Position numbers and translations under genes: made by a program. DNA of 64,000 bases from Nemertoderma westbladi (lineage: Eukaryota > Animalia > Xenacoelomorpha): the NCBI GenBank assembly GCA_032718475.1, contig JAUCBJ010008420.1:35897-99896 (forward strand), given 5' to 3'. Below the pieces are notes generated by a model, which saw only the letters and a program-made list of their open reading frames with translations, had not been told where the DNA came from and ran no database searches. Below, one piece after another: positions 13,791 through 25,477 of this stretch (its first letter is position 1; each line of letters begins with the position of its first letter).

Positions 13791-16700
13791 CAGTCCCTGG
13801 CTTTAGACCCCGTAGGAATTTTGGGGTGGACGGGGTTTCTCACCGAATCCTAGTTGGACATACATATATGGGTGAAAAAAACTTGGGTAGACTTTCTGGT
13901 TCCTGGGCGTAAGTTTTTTATAGCCATTTGTTTTGTGCGTCTGTGAGCTGTTCACAATTTCAAAAATTGCGGCGATTTGAGTATTTACTATGACAGTTTC
14001 CAACGTAACATAATAATACACTTTAAAAATTGTGGTGAAAGTGGTAAAACAAAAAATACGCCACATAATATACAGTACCTGTTTTTTAATACATTGTGAA
14101 AAGATCCAATTATTTCATGTAATAATGTTACCTATACATATTTTCTATGCTGTGCAAGTAAATACATTGTGTTCTAGAATACTAGCTACTAATTTATAGC
14201 TATTAATAAAATTTGTTACATCATTTTAAGTATTTATTTTTAACATCATTTTAAGTATTTATTTTAAACATAAATCATTAATTTAACATAAAAACAGAAA
14301 GCAAAAGTTATTGGTCTCACCGATAATGTTCGTTAAATGGAATTTTCCGAACTTCAGGGTCCCCATAAACATAACCATGTAGGCTAATTATTTCTGTTAC
14401 TGCACATCTTTCGCTATATTTTTCAATAAGAAATATCACAGAATTGTTCTAGAACAATTTACAAACACATTATATTAAAGCAAATATATGTTATTAAAAA
14501 ATCATTAAAAAATCATATGTGGCATATAATGCAAAAGTACCAGTAGCTAACAAAACTTTGTTAGCTACAGTTTCATATTGTTTGATACGGGTATATATAT
14601 TTTATACGTAAGAAGGCCCTTCATATTTTATTTATAATGTAGAAAGAAGGTGTTAAAAGTACAGTACATATAATAAATAATATAATTATTTATCTTGTTG
14701 AACATCGAACAGTTTTTTTTTCAAATGGGAGACAACAAAGAACTTGTTGGACTACAACTTTGCAGAACTACAACATTAATTCGAGATGGTTTTGGGACAT
14801 CAATTGTTTGTGATGCTTCACGGTGTGTTATCTGTCAAGGTGTTGTATCTGTTAGGTTAGGGGGTTCAGGGGATAATATCACAGTTACCGGAACAACCGA
14901 AGGTAGAAAGAAAATAATAGCAGCCGCACAAATCCGAAAAGATATCGTTTTGAAAAGGATAAATTATCTGGGATTAGACTCTGAGTTTGTATATCATTGC
15001 AACAATGAGTGTTACAAATTATACACATTAAAGAAAACACTTCTAAAAAAACAAAGAGAACCGGAAGTGATAGATATTTCTTCAGCAAATGCTGAATCTT
15101 GATAAATCACATCCTGAGGTTTATGATCAGTTCATGAAAGGCCATTTTGTTGTACGGAGAACTAAAGGGAAGTTTAATGCGGTTGGTGTCGATATGGCTC
15201 TGGAACAGACAATAAATAGATCTCAAAAGTCAAGTGGTGGAATTATTGGTCAATCTAAGCGAAAAGACTATATTGCAGAATGGAAACTGGTCTATCATTA
15301 GGTTCTTTCAATTCGACAAGCAATGCAAGTACTACTTAATGTTAGACAAGTCGATTATGAACTGCAGATACATCATGAGTTAAGTGGAAACCTCAGAAAC
15401 GAGATGGATTTAAGTATAGCAAAAATGGTGCAGTATATCGAATGCAAAGAAAATCCCTATATTAATGGAGGTGAGGTTAAACTTCATAATTTATTAACAA
15501 ACGAAATTGTACCACCATCAACTTCCGAAAAGCTACAGTGTAAGTGTACTTAACTTTTCGACCCTGGAAGACAATGTCTATTAGGATTGTTAGGATTGAT
15601 TATTAGGATAACAGTAGTATGGCTGTAATGTACTGCTACTGCTGACTCCCTACCTAAGTCTGGCTCAGACCAATACTTGCAAATAAATACTGAACTTAAA
15701 TACTCAATCCTGCAATCAATACCCTCTATCTGCCTGTTCCGCAATGGCACGCAAGGCTGACAAAGAGAACTGGGCTGCCGCTATACAAAAGCTTAATGAC
15801 CTTATTGAAGTTAAGTTCGAATATTTGGATGGAGACATTAAGCTCATAAAGACCCAACTAGAACTCATCCCAGTTATCCTCAAGGAAAACGAAACATTAA
15901 AAAGAGAGAACCTAGCTCTAAAAGACAAGATTGCAACACAAGAGCTACATATCGATGAACTCGACCAATACGAGCGGCGGCACTCGGTTCTGCTTCATGG
16001 AATTGCCGAAGGTAGCAAAGATGACGATCGGAAATCTCTCCAAGATGTTCTCTCCACCCTATGTATTAACTTTAACTCCGTTGACATTTTTCACTATATG
16101 CAATATTTGGTTAAGGTCATAAAGCCACGATCGACTAGTAAAACGTTTGACAGTCTTCGATCCGAAATCATTAGACAAGAAGGTGCTCCAAACTTATTAA
16201 ACCTTCCTTGTTCAAGTCATTCATTGCAGGGTCATTTGTAGCGCGCCTTCTACAATGTTTATTTGTGTACATCAGTATTAAATAGTAACTCGCCCAACCT
16301 AGAACCAACAGATTATGGATGGTCTATTAATGAGAATGACTCATCAATCATGCCCGATCCTTGGAATAATGAACTACCTAAATGGGCGACGATTACTTGC
16401 TTCTGCAAGAAGTGCAATACTATGCGATGCAGATGCCGGAAAGATATCGCTTCTTGCACATCATTTTGCAAATGCAATTTTGAAATGGAGTGCGAAAATA
16501 TTCCATAATAAGAACATTTTATAATTCATAGCATTTAATTAACATTATATAACATTTCATAATAAATTCACTCAGTGATCATATCAATATAACTATTTTA
16601 CTATGCCCTCGTTTCTTTATAACTCGCTTCGATCGGTTTATGATGAATTGGAGCATCGTAAAACCGTTATATTTGGTTAACTCTGGTAACAACAGCTAAA

Positions 16701-16919
16701 TAATAATTATCATTTGTACTCTTGATTTGGAAAAGTGATGAGGACACAGATGAATATTTGTATATTTATGACGTCATAAAATGACGTCATAAAAAACTTA
16801 GGCCCAGGAACCTAAAAGTCTACCCAATTTTTTGTTCTTCATTTTTGGACCCCAAACCCAGTTCAAGTGAGAAACGGCGTCCACCTCGAAATTCCTACGG
16901 GACTTAAGGGCAGGGACTG
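13791..16919 (+). mobile_element. Internally deleted Academ-like DNA transposon nested in the outer element
   Basis: Imperfect TIRs of about 130 bp (cagtccctg...cccgtaggaatt / aattcctacggg...cagggactg). Coding remnants GHFVVRRTKGKFNAVGVDMALEQTINRSQKSSGGIIG and a C-terminal LP...H..RA..PTDYGW...Cys8 cluster (CFCKKCNTMRCRC..CTSFCKC). No target-site duplication seen. Confidence 0.6.
15560..16100 (+). mobile_element. LINE 5' end/ORF1 fragment (coiled coil plus RRM start) inserted in the Academ-like element
   Basis: ORF 15744: coiled coil ...ENETLKRENLALKDKIATQELHIDELDQYERRHSVLLHGIAE matches the LEQYSRRNN..I.GI.E motif of L1/CR1/L2 ORF1 proteins. Confidence 0.65.
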
Positions 16920-17048
16920 GATTATTAGTCCATGTAGCTGTAATGGATGACGTAGTAAAAATATCTTCAGCTGCCATCTCAATACAATCAGCATAAATCA
17001 GAATTTAGTTGAACTATAACTACTGTATAATTTAAATTTTTTGATTAT

Positions 17049-17370
17049 CTATTTTTTCACAATTTTGGGAAATATATATTCCTTCCAGAAGCTACGACTA
17101 CTTTTCAGTAAACTTTGCATGTATATGGAATCATATGATACTTCAACTATTTTCACTTCGCCATTTATTTCAAAAGATGGATCTGCGATGCTAAACAAGG
17201 CCCATTGTTTATTGCAAAGATGCATTTGAAGTTGGATTTGTGACATGAATTTAGCGCTTACGATATTCGATTGTGTAAGATAAGATTTTTGAATGGCATG
17301 TTTTGATGTTGGACATTTTACTTCTACCACATGCGTTGGTGTAATGGCATCTGAAATGGCATCAAAAAAT
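17049..17370 (-). pseudogene. YqaJ-like viral recombinase / PD-(D/E)XK nuclease C-terminal fragment
   Basis: SDAITPTHVVEVKCP...FMSQIQLQMHLC...FWKEYIFP shows D..EVKCP and QxQxQM motifs. The N-terminus is missing. Confidence 0.7.
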
Positions 17371-18269
17371 AAGATTTTGTGGTATTTTATAAAAACACTA
17401 GCTACAATATTAAAACAGTACATACCATTGAAAACACTAGCTACCACAAACATTTGTTTTTATTTTCTTTAAAACATTTTTTTTTTCACATGTAACTAGC
17501 CAAAATATATCAAGAACATAAATCAATAGCCCAAAACATTATGTTTTGGTATTTTTTGGTATTTTGATATTTTTGGATGTCAAACCAAAAACAGCTATTA
17601 TGAAAGGCAGAATAATGGTGACACGTGCAACACTAGTACCAGTAACACTTTACAGTGAACTGTACAAAAATCGAAATAATTTCCATCTAGTGCTAAATCT
17701 ACCCATCCATTGTTCGCTGTAAAAACAATTAAAAAATAGATTAATGAAACGCCTGGCAGTATTTAGCTAGCTATATTTGTTTTTAGCTACAGCTCTACGG
17801 TACTGGTATGGGCGAAATAAATATTATTCTAGAATAATTAACTTGATATGAATAATTTGCCTCCATACCGTTATCCTATAATCGATTCTTAACACAACAC
17901 AAATACACATCCAAATAAATACATAGCTACATTTATTATTTGTTTTATTTTAGATACTGCAATATTATACTTTATATTAGCCAATCAACTGCGCTTGACA
18001 ACTGTTGCTGTGTTATGGCTGACGTCACTCGTGCAGTTTTCTGAAACGGCCTGATTTTTCGATGTTGCTAATTTTGCGTTTTAAAATTGCTATAACTCGG
18101 CAAATATTAATTTTTTTGAAGTAAAATTGCTCTCTGGGGTTTTTTCACATGCTCTTTCACATGAAACCAAAGAAAACTCGAAAAAAAATTTCCGAGTCGT
18201 CTACCCCATTGTATGCATAAATGTTAATAGCAGTAAGTTTTTATTATTTTCCTTTACTTATATTTGCAG

Positions 18270-18359
18270 ATAAAAAATCTTCGAAACACGTCTGTAAGTT
18301 CTGTGGTCGAGGTTGTGCGAAACCAAGTGTTCTCGAAAAGCACATCCGTAGTCACACAG
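18270..18359 (+). CDS. shn: Schnurri/HIVEP-like ZF transcription factor, internal exon A (ZF1)
   Basis: tttgcag|ATAAA...CACACAG|gttggt; translates [29 protein letters not shown], the first finger of the N-terminal HIVEP/Schnurri pair. Phase 1-1. Confidence 0.9.
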
Positions 18360-18830
18360 GTTGGTTGCTATGTATTAGAGTGAATGATGGATGGATGGAT
18401 GGGCACGGATGGGTTGGTGTACGTAGTACTGAAGAGCGAGTCAAGCAGTACTTCCAATGGGTAGCACTATAAGGCTGTTAAATGTTTGACTCATGAATAT
18501 ATACAAACTATTAGGAATTATATTTATTTATTTATAAAGCACGTTATAAGTAAATAAACCTTACCGGTAGGTGTGTTGTGTTAGTACCAAAGTATGTAAA
18601 AAACTAAAAAGACCTAGACGTTGCATGCAATCAGTGATCAGCTGACAGCAGCCAGCTGATCGGCAGGTTTCGCCCCGCAGCTGAAGGCATTCTCGGGAGG
18701 CCAAGCCAGGAAATGTAGAGAGAAATTCACAACATAGTACATAATAAATATTCACAATATAATACATAATAAATATAATTCACATTTCACAATATTATAC
18801 AAACATGTAAAATTAAATTCTGTCATTCGT

Positions 18831-21800
18831 TCTCTGTTATTCAGGAGAACGTCCTTACCCTTGCCTTCCTTGCGGGCTTTCATTGTTCTGTTTTTCAGGA
18901 GAACGTCCTTACCCTTGCGTTCCTTGCGGACTTTCATTGTTCTGTTTTTCAGGAGAACGTCCTTACCCTTGCGTTCCTTGCGGGCTTTCATTGTTCTGTT
19001 TTTCAGGAGAACGTCCTTACCCTTGCCTTCCTTGCGGACTTTCATTGTTCTGTTTTTCAGGAGAACGTCCTTACCCTTGCCTTCCTTGCGGGCTTTCATT
19101 GTTCTGTTTTTCAGGAGAACGTCCTTACCCTTGCCTTCCTTGCGGGCTTTCATTGTTCTGTTTTTCAGGAGAACGTCCTTACCCTTGCCTTCCTTGCGGA
19201 CTTTCATTGTTCTGTTATTCAGGAGAACGTCCTTACCCTTGCCTTCCTTGCGGGCTTTCATTGTTCTGTTTTTCAGGAGAACGTCCTTACCCTTGCCTTC
19301 CTTGCGGGCTTTCATTGTTCTGTTTTTCAGGAGAACGTCCTTACCCTTGCCTTCCTTGCGGGCTTTCATTGTTCTGTTTTTCAGGAGAACGTCCTTACCC
19401 TTGCCTTCCTTGCGGGCTTTCATTGTTCTGTTTTTCAGGAGAACGTCCTTACCCTTGCGTTCCTTGCGGGCTTTCATTGTTCTGTTTTTCAGGAGAACGT
19501 CCTTACCCTTGCCTTCCTTGCGGGCTTTCATTGTTCTGTTTTTCAGGAGAACGTCCTTACCCTTGCCTTCCTTGCGGGCTTTCATTGTTCTGTTTTTCAG
19601 GAGAACGTCCTTACCCTTGCCTTCCTTGCGGGCTTTCATTGTTCTGTTTTTCAGGAGAACGTCCTTACCCTTGCCTTCCTTGCGGACTTTCATTGTTCTG
19701 TTATTCAGGAGAACGTCCTTACCCTTGCCTTCCTTGCGGGCTTTCATTGTTCTGTTTTTCAGGAGAACGTCCTTACCCTTGCCTTCCTTGCGGGCTTTCA
19801 TTGTTCTGTTTTTCAGGAGAACGTCCTTACCCTTGCCTTCCTTGCGGACTTTCATTGTTCTGTTATTCAGGAGAACGTCCTTACCCTTGCCTTCCTTGCG
19901 GGCTTTCATTGTTCTGTTTTTCAGGAGAACGTCCTTACCCTTGCCTTCCTTGCGGGCTTTCATTGTTCTGTTTTTCAGGAGAACGTCCTTACCCTTGCCT
20001 TCCTTGCGGACTTTCATTGTTCTGTTTTTCAGGAGAACGTCCTTACCCTTGCCTTCCTTGCGGGCTTTCATTGTTCTGTTTTTCAGGAGAACGTCCTTAC
20101 CCTTGCCTTCCTTGCGGGCTTTCATTGTTCTGTTTTTCAGGAGAACGTCCTTACCCTTGCCTTCCTTGCGGACTTTCATTGTTCTGTTTTTCAGGAGAAC
20201 GTCCTTACCCTTGCCTTCCTTGCGGGCTTTCATTGTTCTGTTTTTCAGGAGAACGTCCTTACCCTTGCCTTCCTTGCGGACTTTCATTGTTCTGTTTTTC
20301 AGGAGAACGTCCTTACCCTTGCCTTCCTTGCGGACTTTCATTGTTCTGTTATTCAGGAGAACGTCCTTACCCTTGCCTTCCTTGCGGACTTTCATTGTTC
20401 TGTTTTTCAGGAGAACGTCCTTACCCTTGCCTTCCTTGCGGGCTTTCATTGTTCTGTTTTTCAGGAGAACGTCCTTACCCTTGCCTTCCTTGCGGACTTT
20501 CATTGTTCTGTTATTCAGGAGAACGTCCTTACCCTTGCCTTCCTTGCGGACTTTCATTGTTCTGTTTTTCAGGAGAACGTCCTTACCCTTGCGTTCCTTG
20601 CGGGCTTTCATTGTTCTGTTTTTCAGGAGAACGTCCTTACCCTTGCCTTCCTTGCGGACTTTCATTGTTCTGTTTTTCAGGAGAACGTCCTTACCCTTGC
20701 CTTCCTTGCGGACTTTCATTGTTCTGTTTTTCAGGAGAACGTCCTTACCCTTGCCTTCCTTGCGGGCTTTCATTGTTCTGTTTTTCAGGAGAACGTCCTT
20801 ACCCTTGCCTTCCTTGCGGGCTTTCATTGTTCTGTTTTTCAGGAGAACGTCCTTACCCTTGCCTTCCTTGCGGGCTTTCATTGTTCTGTTTTTCAGGAGA
20901 ACGTCCTTACCCTTGCGTTCCTTGCGGGCTTTCATTGTTCTGTTTTTCAGGAGAACGTCCTTACCCTTGCCTTCCTTGCGGACTTTCATTGTTCTGTTTT
21001 TCAGGAGAACGTCCTTACCCTTGCCTTCCTTGCGGACTTTCATTGTTCTGTTTTTCAGGAGAACGTCCTTACCCTTGCCTTCCTTGCGGGCTTTCATTGT
21101 TCTGTTTTTCAGGAGAACGTCCTTACCCTTGCCTTCCTTGCGGGCTTTCATTGTTCTGTTTTTCAGGAGAACGTCCTTACCCTTGCGTTCCTTGCGGACT
21201 TTCATTGTTCTGTTTTTCAGGAGAACGTCCTTACCCTTGCGTTCCTTGCGGGCTTTCATTGTTCTGTTTTTCAGGAGAACGTCCTTACCCTTGCGTTCCT
21301 TGCGGACTTTCATTGTTCTGTTTTTCAGGAGAACGTCCTTACCCTTGCGTTCCTTGCGGACTTTCATTGTTCTGTTTTTCAGGAGAACGTCCTTACCCTT
21401 GCGTTCCTTGCGGGCTTTCATTGTTCTGTTTTTCAGGAGAACGTCCTTACCCTTGCCTTCCTTGCGGACTTTCATTGTTCTGTTTTTCAGGAGAACGTCC
21501 TTACCCTTGCCTTCCTTGCGGACTTTCATTGTTCTGTTTTTCAGGAGAACGTCCTTACCCTTGCCTTCCTTGCGGGCTTTCATTGTTCTGTTTTTCAGGA
21601 GAACGTCCTTACCCTTGCCTTCCTTGCGGGCTTTCATTGTTCTGTTTTTCAGGAGAACGTCCTTACCCTTGCCTTCCTTGCGGGCTTTCATTGTTCTGTT
21701 TTTCAGGAGAACGTCCTTACCCTTGCGTTCCTTGCGGGCTTTCATTGTTCTGTTTTTCAGGAGAACGTCCTTACCCTTGCCTTCCTTGCGGACTTTCATT

Positions 21801-23798
21801 GTTCTGTTTTTCAGGAGAACGTCCTTACCCTTGCCTTCCTTGCGGACTTTCATTGTTCTGTTTTTCAGGAGAACGTCCTTACCCTTGCCTTCCTTGCGGG
21901 CTTTCATTGTTCTGTTTTTCAGGAGAACGTCCTTACCCTTGCCTTCCTTGCGGGCTTTCATTGTTCTGTTTTTCAGGAGAACGTCCTTACCCTTGCGTTC
22001 CTTGCGGACTTTCATTGTTCTGTTTTTCAGGAGAACGTCCTTACCCTTGCCTTCCTTGCGGGCTTTCATTGTTCTGTTTTTCAGGAGAACGTCCTTACCC
22101 TTGCCTTCCTTGCGGGCTTTCATTGTTCTGTTTTTCAGGAGAACGTCCTTACCCTTGCCTTCCTTGCGGGCTTTCATTGTTCTGTTTTTCAGGAGAACGT
22201 CCTTACCCTTGCCTTCCTTGCGGGCTTTCATTGTTCTGTTTTTCAGGAGAACGTCCTTACCCTTGCGTTCCTTGCGGACTTTCATTGTTCTGTTTTTCAG
22301 GAGAACGTCCTTACCCTTGCCTTCCTTGCGGGCTTTCATTGTTCTGTTTTTCAGGAGAACGTCCTTACCCTTGCCTTCCTTGCGGACTTTCATTGTTCTG
22401 TTTTTCAGGAGAACGTCCTTACCCTTGCCTTCCTTGCGGACTTTCATTGTTCTGTTTTTCAGGAGAACGTCCTTACCCTTGCGTTCCTTGCGGACTTTCA
22501 TTGTTCTGTTTTTCAGGAGAACGTCCTTACCCTTGCCTTCCTTGCGGGCTTTCATTGTTCTGTTTTTCAGGAGAACGTCCTTACCCTTGCCTTCCTTGCG
22601 GGCTTTCATTGTTCTGTTTTTCAGGAGAACGTCCTTACCCTTGCCTTCCTTGCGGGCTTTCATTGTTCTGTTTTTCAGGAGAACGTCCTTACCCTTGCGT
22701 TCCTTGCGGGCTTTCATTGTTCTGTTTTTCAGGAGAACGTCCTTACCCTTGCCTTCCTTGCGGGCTTTCATTGTTCTGTTTTTCAGGAGAACGTCCTTAC
22801 CCTTGCGTTCCTTGCGGACTTTCATTGTTCTGTTTTTCAGGAGAACGTCCTTACCCTTGCCTTCCTTGCGGGCTTTCATTGTTCTGTTTTTCAGGAGAAC
22901 GTCCTTACCCTTGCGTTCCTTGCGGGCTTTCATTGTTCTGTTTTTCAGGAGAACGTCCTTACCCTTGCCTTCCTTGCGGGCTTTCATTGTTCTGTTTTTC
23001 AGGAGAACGTCCTTACCCTTGCGTTCCTTGCGGACTTTCATTGTTCTGTTTTTCAGGAGAACGTCCTTACCCTTGCCTTCCTTGCGGGCTTTCATTGTTC
23101 TGTTTTTCAGGAGAACGTCCTTACCCTTGCGTTCCTTGCGGGCTTTCATTGTTCTGTTTTTCAGGAGAACGTCCTTACCCTTGCCTTCCTTGCGGGCTTT
23201 CATTGTTCTGTTTTTCAGGAGAACGTCCTTACCCTTGCGTTCCTTGCGGGCTTTCATTGTTCTGTTTTTCAGGAGAACGTCCTTACCCTTGCCTTCCTTG
23301 CGGGCTTTCATTGTTCTGTTTTTCAGGAGAACGTCCTTACCCTTGCGTTCCTTGCGGGCTTTCATTGTTCTGTTTTTCAGGAGAACGTCCTTACCCTTGC
23401 CTTCCTTGCGGGCTTTCATTGTTCTGTTTTTCAGGAGAACGTCCTTACCCTTGCGTTCCTTGCGGACTTTCATTGTTCTGTTTTTCAGGAGAACGTCCTT
23501 ACCCTTGCCTTCCTTGCGGGCTTTCATTGTTCTGTTTTTCAGGAGAACGTCCTTACCCTTGCGTTCCTTGCGGACTTTCATTGTTCTGTTTTTCAGGAGA
23601 ACGTCCTTACCCTTGCGTTCCTTGCGGGCTTTCATTGTGCTGTTTTTCAGGAGAACGTCCTTACCCTTGCCTTCCTTGCGGGCTTTCATTGTTCTGTTTT
23701 TCAGGAGAACGTCCTTACCCTTGCGTTCCTTGCGGACTTTCATTGTTCTGTTTTTCAGGAGAACGTCCTTACCCTTGCCTTCCTTGCGGACTTTCATT
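18831..23798 (+). repeat. 54-bp tandem array (92 acceptor copies); unit is a 3' splice site plus the first 40 nt of exon B
   Basis: Unit gttctgtttttcag|GAGAACGTCCTTACCCTTGC(C/G)TTCCTTGCGG(G/A)CTTTCATT. First AG at 18843-18844, last at 23757-23758; distance 4914 = 91 x 54. No indels. Confidence 0.97.
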
Positions 23799-23919
23799 TA
23801 AGACGAAATCCAACCTTTATAAACACGAGAAGAGCCACGCACACGCTGGTAAGATGGTAGATGATGACGAGGATATTAGTGCTAGCGCTACAGAGAGTGG
23901 AGATGAGCCCGTTTTACCA
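23759..23919 (+). CDS. shn: Schnurri/HIVEP-like exon B (ZF2 plus acidic stretch), using the last acceptor of the array
   Basis: Translates (G)[53 protein letters not shown]|gttagt; [10 protein letters not shown] is diagnostic of HIVEP/Schnurri ZF2. An alternative donor G|gtaaga at 23849 is possible. Confidence 0.85.
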
Positions 23920-24419
23920 GTTAGTATCGACCTCACAGAGAATTATTTAAATTAATTACTCTATGTATTTTATGGTAAAATTCACTAAATTTGGAAATGT
24001 AATGGAAATATGGACATGAGATTTGAGAAACAAACGTCAATATATAGCAATACATCATGTAAATGGTACCCATTGCAATGACGTTGAGCTCACCAAAGTG
24101 GCTCGCCTCGCACTCATATATACGTCGAGAGTCCTCTAATGGCAGAATGATGAATTTGGATATTTTTATGACTCTGCCAGTTTTTGGCAATCATGGTGAT
24201 TAATTCATGTTGTCATAGTTACACTGACTGCCAGGAGGAACATTATAGCTGCGCACCAACGTCTGTTTGTGGGTCTAATTTTCGCAAAGCCATTCGCTTT
24301 TTCTTTTTTTTGTTGGAATGTGTTAAATTTCAAGTAAAACTTTTGGTACCATTGGAATCGCCTTTCCATCTCTACAGTGATGGTGTAACCTGTACCTAAC
24401 TAAATACTAAGCTAATACG

Positions 24420-24720
24420 AGGGTAGTGGTAGTGAAGATGCGACAGGGATCGATAGTGGAGGAAAAAAGGGATTGCGGGAGTGGAAAAGGGATTAGGGGG
24501 TGAGACTTGGAAGAGTGCGGTGGAAGGAGTTGAGAAGGGGGTAGTTGGAGTGAAAAGGGGGTAAAGGGTGTGAGAGTGAATAAGGGATGGGGGTGGGGGT
24601 GGTGTGGTCGTAGGCGTGAAGAAGGGGATATAGTTGGAGTGAAAAAGAGGTTTAGTGGGAGTAAAGTACATTAGGGGATGAAGATGGTTGCAATGGGAGT
24701 GAATAAGGGATAGACCGAAG
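24420..24720. repeat. Purine/G-rich low-complexity tract with degenerate ggagtgaa(a/t)aaggg units
   Basis: Strong G/A strand bias with recurring ggagtgaaaaggg and gagtgaataagggat motifs. Confidence 0.5.
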
Positions 24721-25317
24721 AAAGAGATCCACTGCCCTCATGAGGAAGCTTAGTAGGTAGAATAAATACTGTAATAATTAACTTATCTGCATTACCTCAA
24801 TTTGTCCACCAAATGTCCACTGCGAAATGCATTTACAGTAGGGAACATTTTGAGGAGAATCAACCTACAGTTTGTTGCTGATTCACCTTTTCTCCCGTGG
24901 TGGAGAGGATGCTCTTGTGTTTGCATCAGGTACCTGCAGCAGCTGTACCAGGCGTCTGCATAGCGTCTGCTTAGCGTCTACACCCTTAACCTTAACCAGT
25001 GTCATTTCAGAAAGCTAATTTACAGTGCATTCTTATCATTATTATCGTCTCCATTCAACTGTATATCGCTTATGGATTTTACCCAAACTGCGGTTTTTGT
25101 CAATATTTTTTTACCTTAGGACTTCATTCATCTCATCTGGCTGGAAAAATATCACCATTGAATTCCACAATGAACATATGCGCCATGGTGGTATGATTTT
25201 CAGATCTTGGGGATGGAATATTGCTCTTATTTACGTCATTCGTACAGAGTTCCATCACAGCGCTGCGTTTCATTTGCGGCTCAAAGTAAACCTTTGATTT
25301 TTATTTGTGTTTTTCAG

Positions 25318-25477
25318 GAACCCAGTATTTATTACTCGGACGATGTAAGTTTCCCCAAGACGCAGACATCCACACCGATCGCATTAACAAGCACACCACG
25401 ACTTCGGGAAGCTCTCGGCTCTCATTCCAACTCTATGTACATTCCCACTTCGACTCTGTCTACAACCATTGCACTGG
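25318..25477 (+). CDS. shn: Schnurri/HIVEP-like exon C (Ser/Thr-rich linker)
   Basis: gtgtttttcag|GAACCC...CACTGG|gttagt, open frame EPSIYYSDDVSFPKTQTSTPIALTSTPRLREALGSHSNSMYIPTSTLSTTIAL. Phase 0-1 bridges exon B to exon D exactly. Confidence 0.65.

Larger units (their letters stand above)
13208..18208. mobile_element. TIR DNA transposon (possibly Kolobok-type) carrying a YqaJ/lambda-exonuclease remnant; outer element of a nest
   Basis: Near-perfect inverted repeats of about 190 bp: tggggtagacgactcggaaattttttttcgag... at 13208-13397 versus ...ctcgaaaaaaaatttccgagtcgtctacccca at 18020-18208, with weaker similarity further inside. TTAA on the left, TTGT on the right. Confidence 0.8.

Noticed and set aside
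18752-23797. 1681-aa Lys/Arg-rich minus-strand ORF (and the 1646-aa plus-strand alternative frame)
   Set aside because: By-products of a stop-free 54-bp unit. The unit clearly derives from the Schnurri acceptor and exon, and there is no independent gene context.
18883-23955. 1690-aa ORF as a stand-alone poly-zinc-finger or metallothionein gene
   Set aside because: Units have CxxC but no His pair, and part of each unit is intron-derived polypyrimidine tract. Treated instead as a possible splice-dependent insertion in the Schnurri protein.
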